From the IMG/VR virus record IMGVR_UViG_3300022752_000025, positions 1 through 64,000 of that record: DNA of 64,000 nt. The stretch is one strand, 5' to 3'. Shown here piece by piece: positions 39,608 through 47,789 of the stretch (within the stretch, counting starts at the first letter, position 1; each line of letters opens with the position of its first letter). The translations under genes were made by a program, and so were the position numbers. The notes below the pieces were generated by a model. The model did no database searches and was not told the origin of the DNA. It saw only the letters and a program-made list of their open reading frames with translations. The stretch is from a virus.

Positions 39608-39838
39608 TCATTCTTCTACCTCTGCGATAATTTCATTGTCAAATAGTGAGCCACCATCTACCTTGTCGCAGATTACGATGTCATTACTGCCATCATCACC
39701 AGCATACACGGCACGAAGTTTTTTTACTTGACTATACTCTTTTTTCGTCCATTGACTCTCTGGAACGCCGAGGACTTGCAGAGCCTCAACTCTCTCTGGA
39801 GGAATTGCCTCACCACTTACTGCACAATGATAGGTCAT
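39608..39838 (-). CDS. DksA/TraR-tip-like small protein
   Basis: CAVSGEAIPPERVEAL resembles C..CG..I...RL.A. Confidence 0.5.
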   Translation of the reverse strand: MTYHCAVSGEAIPPERVEALQVLGVPESQWTKKEYSQVKKLRAVYAGDDGSNDIVICDKVDGGSLFDNEIIAEVEE

Positions 39839-39845
39839 AGTTTTA

Positions 39846-40232
39846 CTATGCTACAATGTTTTGATTTTCTGTCAAGAGATTTTTGCGTGGGCGACCACGG
39901 CCACGCTTTTCTCCGCTGGGCAGAATTGCTGTTGCATTATAGTTTGTTAATTTCTCTTGTAGTTCGCCGAAACGCTTGTTTGCATCTTCTATAGTCGTGC
40001 AAGTAAAAGCCCAATCGCCCCATTGACTATCGCTAGGATACATTTCAGCGGGAGGCATTTTTACGCCAGCAATCTCATACCCATTATGACGCTTAATTGC
40101 TACAACTTCATAGTGATAGTTTTCGCTCTCACCATCATCAAGTTGTTTTTTGTAAATAGCGATGTCGCCATCACGCTTTACTTGTTGAAGTTTGAAACCT
40201 TTACTTGTAAATGATTCTTCAAGAATTTTCAA
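39846..40232 (-). CDS. Hypothetical protein with C-terminal AT-hook
   Basis: E.YPSDSQWG..AFT; KRGRGRPRK. Confidence 0.7.
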   Translation of the reverse strand: MKILEESFTSKGFKLQQVKRDGDIAIYKKQLDDGESENYHYEVVAIKRHNGYEIAGVKMPPAEMYPSDSQWGDWAFTCTTIEDANKRFGELQEKLTNYNATAILPSGEKRGRGRPRKNLLTENQNIVA

Positions 40233-40399
40233 TTTTTACTCCTTCTGGAAGCCAGCCTTTTGGATCAAGGTTTTCTCCAATATAGCCAACTTGGGACTCT
40301 TGCTTGGTTTTGGGGTCAATAGCATAAAGAGCATAGCCACCTTCAGCCAGCTTCTTTACTTTAGTAATGTTCATATAAAGATTATAGTATAGTTTTAGA

Positions 40400-40738
40400 T
40401 TAATTCAAGACAAAAATTTCTCTACCAATCACCCCAGCCCATTTTGCTTTATATACTGGTTTTTTAGTATCGGCATAAACAAAAGATTTATACTTGTAAG
40501 GATTATATGTCACAAGCCTCTCTCCGTGAATAGGCCATCCATCGTCTCTATGTCCGCATACAAAAGCGTGAACATTTTTTCTTTTTTCTTTTAAGACCCT
40601 ATCCCTACCAGCTTGGCTTACTCTAAATTCAACATCTTTAAGAAAGAACTCTGAACTATGCTCTAATACTTTTCCTTTTAGCATAATAGAAAGACAATGC
40701 TTATGCAGATTATAATAAACTTTATGTTTTGCTCTCAC
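40400..40738 (-). CDS. Conserved phage hypothetical protein
   Basis: VYYNLHK...F.VSQAGR.RVL.EKRKNVHAFV.G...YNPYK. Confidence 0.75.
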   Translation of the reverse strand: MRAKHKVYYNLHKHCLSIMLKGKVLEHSSEFFLKDVEFRVSQAGRDRVLKEKRKNVHAFVCGHRDDGWPIHGERLVTYNPYKYKSFVYADTKKPVYKAKWAGVIGREIFVLN

Positions 40739-40778
40739 TAACTTAACTATAAGATAAATTCTATAAATGTCAAGCTTT

Positions 40779-40853
40779 ATAAGCAGTTGATAGTCAATGA
40801 CTTACAGCGGCGAGGTCCCCCCGCGCGCAAGTCCTTGATAGACAACGACTTAT
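40779..40853 (-). repeat. 75-bp bipartite element copy 9
   Basis: 27-21-27 geometry; spacer agcggcgaggtccccccgcgc. Confidence 0.9.
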
Positions 40854-40878
40854 AATTAGTCAAATTTAGACAAAAAGA

Positions 40879-40901
40879 TGCGAGGGGTTTTGCCCCTCGC
40901 A
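40879..40901 (-). terminator. Rho-independent terminator
   Basis: TGCGAGGGG/CCCCTCGCA plus U-tract. Confidence 0.75.
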
Positions 40902-40924
40902 CTTGTTAAGGTTTACGTTTTAGT

Positions 40925-41782
40925 TTAGGCGATCAGTTTCAAGAGGTCTTCGTCACGGGTTTGACCGCTGAAGACTTTGAGCAGATCACGATTCACACGC
41001 TCGCTGTACTCATAACGCTCTTGCGAGACATTGCGAGTCAGGAACTGAGTTGAAGCGTTGTAGAGGTTGTAGAGGTTGCGAGGCTTGTCCTCATCATACT
41101 GAGGATTCAGCCACACCGCCTCGATCCCTTCACGCACCTTGCCAGAGATAATGTCTTTCTCTTCCAGCTTGGTGAGCAGTTTCAGACCGTTCTCATTCGA
41201 GAGATCCTTCAGGGCAAGCCTGTTGAAAATCTCGGCAGACTGGTCAACGTTTGACATAGCCTTGAGAAGCGCATCATTAACGAAATCCAGATTGACAGCA
41301 AGCGTATGCCGCTTAGTCATGCTGAACTCCTTAGTGAGCGAGGTCATGCCATTCTCGCAAACGAGACGAAGGAAGCCAAGGGTGAGAGACACACGGCAAG
41401 AGCGATCATAACTGTTGTTAACAGTCAGACGCAAGCCGAGAATGTCACCTTTCTTACGGTCTCCCACGGGCTTGAGTTTGGTCTCAAACTTGGGGAAATC
41501 ATAAGATGCATAGAAGCGAGCCCCATCACGCACAACGATCTTCTTCGAGTTGAACTCGGAGAGCCTATCATGCTTGACGAGATTGGTTTCCACCATCTCA
41601 ACGAGGTCTGCATTCTTCACCACACCATACTGCTCGGTGCAAACTCCGAGTGTAATGGGTTCGGCGGTGTCACGGCGCACCATGCCGAAGTATCCTGTCC
41701 TCTTGCCGTCAGTTGTGAGGAGTGGCTCTTGGTGTACGTCAAAATCGTATACACTTTGAGCGGGTTTTGTTTTTCTAGCCAT
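40925..41782 (-). CDS. DUF932-family protein
   Basis: Y.VV.N...NSYDRS...RLVCENG...LYN.YNA.T. Confidence 0.8.
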   Translation of the reverse strand: MARKTKPAQSVYDFDVHQEPLLTTDGKRTGYFGMVRRDTAEPITLGVCTEQYGVVKNADLVEMVETNLVKHDRLSEFNSKKIVVRDGARFYASYDFPKFETKLKPVGDRKKGDILGLRLTVNNSYDRSCRVSLTLGFLRLVCENGMTSLTKEFSMTKRHTLAVNLDFVNDALLKAMSNVDQSAEIFNRLALKDLSNENGLKLLTKLEEKDIISGKVREGIEAVWLNPQYDEDKPRNLYNLYNASTQFLTRNVSQERYEYSERVNRDLLKVFSGQTRDEDLLKLIA

Positions 41783-41887
41783 AAGTTAATCATACTATAC
41801 TTTTATAATCTGACAAGAAAAAAATAAATGTCATAAGATACTAAATATCATAGGTTTAAGACTTTTTGCTAAAATAATTTTATATCT

Positions 41888-41962
41888 GTAAACCCTTGAT
41901 TATCAACGACTTGCGCGCGCGGGGGGCCCGCCGCCCTAACTATATAATAATTAAGTACTTAT
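41888..41962 (+). repeat. 75-bp bipartite element copy 10
   Basis: 27-21-27 geometry; second arm overlaps the stop at 41959. Confidence 0.85.
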
Positions 41963-42453
41963 GTCAACTTAAATTTAATATTACTTCTTCTGTACTCTCT
42001 TACTTTTCTCATAGCATATAAACTAGCATCAACTTCACATAATTTAGCTTTAGTTCCCATGTTATATTTTCTTATCTTTTTAATACCATGATAGAACTTA
42101 CCTTTCTTATATTGATAAATATGTCTTAATTCATGAGCAATTAATTCAATTAAACTTTCTTCCCAAGTATATGTATTAACTTCTAAATATCCTCTAAATC
42201 CACCACTCTTATATGGTTTAATATATTTATTATATGCTGGGACTCCTACATGAAGTCTCATACTGCCCCATGCTCTGCCGTGCCAACCTAATTTAGTATT
42301 ACCAATATCTATTTTTCTGATGTCTTTAAGGAACACCCCTTGAGGCATACACCATTTAATAATTTCTTTTAATTTATCAGAACAATATGAGGTTGTATTA
42401 ATGAGCTTCATAAACTCAAATATACAATAAATTAAAATTAAGTCAAGGCACAA
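41959..42453 (-). CDS. HExxH metallopeptidase-like protein (true start probably MKLIN)
   Basis: LIAHELRH..Q...EVDA. Confidence 0.65.
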   Translation of the reverse strand: MCLDLILIYCIFEFMKLINTTSYCSDKLKEIIKWCMPQGVFLKDIRKIDIGNTKLGWHGRAWGSMRLHVGVPAYNKYIKPYKSGGFRGYLEVNTYTWEESLIELIAHELRHIYQYKKGKFYHGIKKIRKYNMGTKAKLCEVDASLYAMRKVREYRRSNIKFKLT

Positions 42454-43110
42454 AGTTCTGCTTCTAGTCTTTTCCTTTCACTAGCTAAATCTTTTAATTT
42501 TTTTGCATTATCTTTAACTTCACCATACCCTTTTTCAACAGAGTCAATAACTTTCTGAATATTATCATTAATAATACTTAACTGATCTTCATTTATCTTT
42601 TTGAGCTTATCTCGAAGCTCTTGATATGAATATGTCATAGGTTTATGATATATTAAATTAATTAGATGTCAAGCGCAGGCTTTATTGACTAGATACATAG
42701 CAAATGCTTCTTCTAAAATCTCGCCCTGCTCGCCAAGTATTCTGTTGTGATTCTTATCAAAGATATTAGTTTTGATATTAAAACCAGCATTATTTAGCGA
42801 AAGCTCACAATAGTAATCTTCGCCATTATGGTTCCAAGGTACTGTTCTATACGATACAGGAGTGTACATTTGTTTTTTGGTCATAAGATAATAATATATT
42901 AAATTAATTTTATGTCAAACCAAAAGGCACAGAATTAGTTTGTCTTACAATAACAGGATGTCCTTCATCTAATATATCTATCCTATAATCAGTAAGATAC
43001 ATTGTAGCTTTATAGAACTCACTATCTATTTGAACAGTTATATCACTATTTAGTTGAGCTTCATTTAGCTTTTGGAGTTTATTTAATAAATCTCTGTATG
43101 TAATTGTCAT
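42438..43110 (-). other. Three small leaderless CDSs (42438-42638, 42669-42884, 42910-43110), each with its own promoter
   Basis: ORF track; TTGAC-16-TAnnnT-5/6-ATG before each. Confidence 0.7.
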
Positions 43111-43144
43111 GTATTTAATATAATCTAAATTATTATTTAGTCAA

Positions 43145-43684
43145 TTAATAAAGATCTATTGGTGGTCCTACTAAATCTAGTATTACTGTAACATTTTCTC
43201 GTCCAAACATAGTTAATCCGCTCCCAGCAATCCAAGAATCATCTCCCACTCTAGCATGAATCGTCAAGAGTAAATTATTATCATAATATTGAAAGGTGGC
43301 CGTCTCGAAAATGGTCTTAGGACCATAACAATAAACCGTTTGAATTGGAGTGCTTGCGAATGTATAACCGTAAATATTAGTAATATTAGAAGGTATTATT
43401 ATATTAGTAAGATTAGCACATCCAATAAATGCGCTGGTGCCAATACTGCTTGCGCTATTTCCTATTAAAACTTTATCAATTGAGGTAAAAATTTGAAAAT
43501 AGGCTGGTATATTTCCCTCTAATGTTTGAATTAAATTCGAGTCTTGAAAAGTAGAGGTATAAGATGTGGTTGGAATATATTGGTATGGTGATTGTGATGC
43601 TCCGCCAATTATTTTTTTCTTTGGGACGTATATATTAACACCCCTTTTAAAAGATCCTAATTGTTTTGTTCCCTTCACTATCAT
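43145..43684 (-). CDS. BspA-type leucine-rich-repeat protein
   Basis: SIGTSAFIGCANLTNIIIPSNITNI...FA; GTGTAAT upstream. Confidence 0.7.
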   Translation of the reverse strand: MIVKGTKQLGSFKRGVNIYVPKKKIIGGASQSPYQYIPTTSYTSTFQDSNLIQTLEGNIPAYFQIFTSIDKVLIGNSASSIGTSAFIGCANLTNIIIPSNITNIYGYTFASTPIQTVYCYGPKTIFETATFQYYDNNLLLTIHARVGDDSWIAGSGLTMFGRENVTVILDLVGPPIDLY

Positions 43685-44261
43685 AAAAAAGATTACACTT
43701 TATATAATATAAATTCTTATTTAGTCAATTTCTTTTTCTTAGAAGGTTTATTCCACGTAGGTTTGCTCCATATACTATGAATCATTTTAAGGTATCGCCT
43801 TCTTTCTGCCCAAGTCATTTCATAGTTTTGGAATATCATATATTATTTAATTCTAGTATAAGTAGCTTTTATTTTATTAAGCCACGCTTTGCACTCTTTT
43901 AATTTAGGAAAATATAATTCTTCTGCTGGTTGGCATCCATCATATTTAGCCATATATACTGGCTTATCAACATATTCTTCCTCATAACCACCGCCAAATA
44001 AATAAGGATTTTTATTTATTACTTTTTGAATGGTATAGTGCATCTATTTAGAATATATTAAATTGTTAATATTTTCAATGATATTCTTATCTCGAACAAT
44101 ATTTCCTTCTGAGTCTCTTACAGATAATTTTACTCCTGCAAAAGCTACCCAAGTTCCTTTACATGGTTTAACAACACTATATATGTTATTATTATCTTCT
44201 ATCGTATAAGAAGAATAATCTGTATTATCTTGTTGATTAAGTATTTTCATTTAGTCAATAT

Positions 44262-44329
44262 AAAAAACAAGGGCTAGGGTTTTAATCCTAGCCCAAGGCC
44301 GTGTTCCCCGAAGGTACTAGCGGGCGGTG
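44262..44329 (-). ncRNA. Candidate sRNA of about 65 nt
   Basis: TTGACA-17-TAACAT promoter, short GC-rich body, GGGCTAGG/CCTAGCCC terminator. Confidence 0.4.
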
Positions 44330-45395
44330 TACATTATGTTACACTTTTTGTAATGTAATGTCAAGTTTAATAATGATTAAGATAAATATAAATAGCGGTG
44401 AATATTACAATAATAAAAGAAACTATTGTGTCTCCTGTGATCATACAAATGGCAATATTAATCCTGCGATAACAAAGCCAAAAGCAATCAACATAAGAAC
44501 ATCAGCAATAATTTTAGTCATTTATCTTTTCTTCCATAGTCAAACTTACTTTCCATATAGATATATCATCATCACTAAAAGGAGATAATTGTTTTCTCAT
44601 GGGTTCAGCTTCATCTATACTGGAATATATTCTATGACAAGATAACCTATTATTGTTATCAAACAACGCATAACCATATTTTGTTTTACTCATTAATCCA
44701 CTCCAATAGATGATCTAATTCATGAATAGTAGTTTGTAATTCATGCACAGCATCTTGGTTGTTATCATGCTCAATCATGAGTGCTTTATATTCTGCAATC
44801 CTATTATTGATTTCTTGGACTATTTGATTACTCGTTTTCATCTTCGTCCTCCTCGCACTCGACATCAATAGCTTCGAAGGTATAATCAACCTCGTCCCAA
44901 TCAAGGGCAAAGCCATTTGCGTCTGTGCAATTCTCGGCAAGCTCCATAGCCTTGTCAATCGCTTCAGCATCATTGATGGCTTCCACCTCGATGTCTACTT
45001 CTGCGATCTGGTTGCGTTGCATACGAATCGTGAATTTCTTTGTATTTTCGGTGTTGTTCATATATCTACTATAATGTATTTTTTAATATAGTCAAATACT
45101 ATTTTTGATTAATTCTACTTTCCAGTTTTTAGTAATCCAGCTAGTAATCATATCAGTATAATAAGTAGTAGTAATCTGCCACAAGTCTCTTTCGATCCTA
45201 ATCCTATCAAAGCTATAATAGATATATTGATTAACCAATTTGCCTGTGCCATAATTGCTATCAAGCACATCTATTTTAATATTAGTTAAGGTTTTTGGAA
45301 TAGAGACACGGATCTTTCCTCCAACAGCATATTCGCCAATCTTGAATGTTTTAGTCATATAATTAATATATGCTAAATTTATATTTTGTCAAGCT

Positions 45396-45469
45396 CGGAA
45401 CCGAAGGGACTTGAACCCTCACTCCCCGCCGTGACAGGGCGGTGCTTTAACCAGTTAAGCTACGATTCC
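45396..45469 (-). tRNA. tRNA-Asp(GTC)
   Basis: Cloverleaf, loop CT-GTC-AC. Confidence 0.92.
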
Positions 45470-45678
45470 TCAATCTTCGATGCTTTGAAGCTTTCACACT
45501 CGAATCCTATGATATCTTTTATTGCTTGACCGCCTCTGCAATTAAGATTACCAAAACCAATGCTTGCTTTATATTTATTTAAGTCTACTATAATACTATT
45601 TGGAAGAATACCATTGATTATTCCATTTGGTTGTTTGTAAACTATGTCGTATAACTTATATTTCAAAATAAAAAAATA

Positions 45679-45943
45679 TGGTTTCGGCGACACCAAAAAA
45701 CGCTCACAGGATATATGGTTGTTACAGGGTTCCGCTTTGCAACAACATCCAATCTGTGATCTACTGCGGAAAACTTTCCACTAGGATCTCAGCGTCCTAA
45801 CACGCATCAGGCCCGAAAGGATAGACCTGCCATAGTGATTCGGTTAGTTCAACCATTTTCTCTTGAGGGACAATCCACGGCTCGCCAATTACGAGGCGAT
45901 GTTAATCCTTGGTTTGGGTTGGATAACCCTTTAATTAACCCCC
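45679..45943 (-). ncRNA. Candidate multi-hairpin RNA of about 265 nt
   Basis: GC-rich, no ORF over 60 aa, at least 7 hairpins, boxA-like TTCTTTGA upstream. Confidence 0.55.
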
Positions 45944-45959
45944 ATTGATATCAAAGAAT

Positions 45960-46042
45960 TGCAGGGAACGAAAGACCATTAGGTGATCAACTCCTAACAT
46001 ATCTTCCAATACATCCTCTCGCAACCGAGAGTTTGCCCTGCA
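45960..46042 (-). ncRNA. Structured RNA resembling a degenerate c-di-GMP-I (GEMM) aptamer
   Basis: CAGGGCAAAC-stem-GGATGTA...ATGGT...GTTCCC; starts at the predicted TSS of TTGACA-17-TAATAT. Confidence 0.35.
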
Positions 46043-46237
46043 TCTTTATATATTAATTGTTTTTTGGTTTTTTGTCAATAGTATTTTCTATCACTTCAGA
46101 AATTCCTTCAAAAATATTACTAAAAAAACAGAAAATATTATTGCAATCACCATAGTTTAAGTTCTCCTCGAATTGTTTTTTGCTCATACAACCTATTATA
46201 CATCAAATACAATATTTTGTAGAACTATTTTTTTATT

Positions 46238-46309
46238 CTGCCTAAATAGGACTCGAACCTATAACCATACCGTTAACAGCGGTACGCTCTACCATTGAGC
46301 TATTAGGCA
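46238..46309 (-). tRNA. tRNA-Asn(GTT)
   Basis: Cloverleaf, loop CT-GTT-AA. Confidence 0.92.
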
Positions 46310-46539
46310 AAAATTGCGAAGGTTTACGATACCCCCAAACGATTCGCTTATTACGGAAGCGACCACCGATGACCTCACCATCACCTCACACAACAAATTT
46401 ACTTTTTCTTATTTTTAAAATAGTCTGAATGAAAATATCTAATTTGTTTATCAGTGAATTTCTTTTCAGCGTATACATAGAATGTATTGCCAATTAGAAT
46501 AACAATAAATAATTTAATTAACTTGGACATATATATACT

Positions 46540-46893
46540 TTAGGCCAATTCTAGTTCGCTGTCAAGTTTCTTGGTTTTGCCCATCCAACTTTCGGGCATA
46601 ATATTCTTAAACCAATCTTGCATCGAAGGAATACGACCCAAATCTTCTAGCACATGCTGTTCGCCAATCCAACGAGTAGGAATCTTTTTGCCGTTGGTAG
46701 ATAATTTGATCGTGTGACCAAATATCCTCTCACACATAAAGATGCCCTCGGCGTGATGACGCAACGCACGATGGCGGAAGTCTGCCATCATCATCTTGCT
46801 CTCATCAAACCAATCGTGAATCTTCTGATAATCAGATGGGACTCCTCCCCATTTTTTAACAGAGGATAATGAGTGATGGTAAGGATTAGCCAT
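46540..46893 (-). CDS. DUF6915-like protein
   Basis: PYHHSLSS..KWGG...IHDWFDESK...RHRALRHH.EG...EQHV.ED. Confidence 0.75.
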   Translation of the reverse strand: MANPYHHSLSSVKKWGGVPSDYQKIHDWFDESKMMMADFRHRALRHHAEGIFMCERIFGHTIKLSTNGKKIPTRWIGEQHVLEDLGRIPSMQDWFKNIMPESWMGKTKKLDSELELA

Positions 46894-47411
46894 TAGAATA
46901 TCTCCTCGGTAGTATTCACGCTTTCGATACGCTCATTAAACTCAAGACTAATCTTGCGATTAAGAACATCAAAGCTGAATGTGCCATAAGAACCTTCGTT
47001 GATCTCCCATCCCATATGCTTTGAAGCTAACTTATCATAGCATACCTCGTGAACAAGCTCCTCAACGCAACCTTCTCGAATTGGCAATTCCTCCATTTTC
47101 TTGGTCTTATCATTCCAATGATACCCTGCTTCTAGCCTAGACCCTGGAACTTTGCCGACTGGAGTAGCCACATCTTTGCCCCTATGGTCAAGATATTCTA
47201 CGCCGTTGATCTGTCCACTATCGCCACAACCATCAAATGTTGCATTGATAGTCGCAATTCTTGATTCTTGCAAGAAATCAAATAATGCTTTGGCGTTGTG
47301 TTGAACTGCTTGCTGTTTAGTTAGACGCTCTTGGGCTATCTGTTGATAGATGTCGTTCATCTTCGGCATTTTAACTTTTTTGGATTTGCTCATATAAAGA
47401 GCATACCACAA
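46893..47411 (-). CDS. DUF6878-like protein
   Basis: FDGCGDSGQI...GWEINEGSYG.F; adjacent to the DUF6915-like gene. Confidence 0.7.
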   Translation of the reverse strand: MWYALYMSKSKKVKMPKMNDIYQQIAQERLTKQQAVQHNAKALFDFLQESRIATINATFDGCGDSGQINGVEYLDHRGKDVATPVGKVPGSRLEAGYHWNDKTKKMEELPIREGCVEELVHEVCYDKLASKHMGWEINEGSYGTFSFDVLNRKISLEFNERIESVNTTEEIF

Positions 47412-47789
47412 ACTAAAATATCGTCAAGACTTGCGTTTCTTTTTCTTTTTCTTGAACAGATTAAAGATATCACACTTATAATCATATAGCTTTCCACAAG
47501 CCCAATAAGTGCTATACATCGATATCCAAAGTACCAGAGCTAATCCTAAGACTCTTATTTCAGTAGATCCAATTAAATTTTCAGTTACAATTAATAGCAT
47601 ATATTTAAACCCTTGGTGTTAATCCTTTCACACGAATCTTGTCTAGAAGAATTTCCAATTGATCAATCACATCTTCGTGACCGTAACTTTGTCTGTGCTT
47701 AACCTCTGAAATCTTGTCTACAACACAATCTTGAATTAATCTCCACTCATCTAGAGATAGGTTATTTTGCTTCATTTGATTAGTTTATT

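Noticed and set aside
30810-41962. 75-bp elements as a CRISPR array, MITEs or terminators
   Set aside because: Copies are dispersed between genes and degenerate, the 21-bp spacers resemble each other, no target-site duplications or U-tracts are evident, and no cas genes or transposase are present
45460-45696. 78-aa ORF as given in the track
   Set aside because: Its start lies in the ncRNA terminal hairpin and its end overlaps tRNA-Asp; coding status uncertain, so not called
45679-45943. tmRNA or RNase P RNA
   Set aside because: No tRNA-like ends or T-arm/CCA and no RNase P conserved boxes
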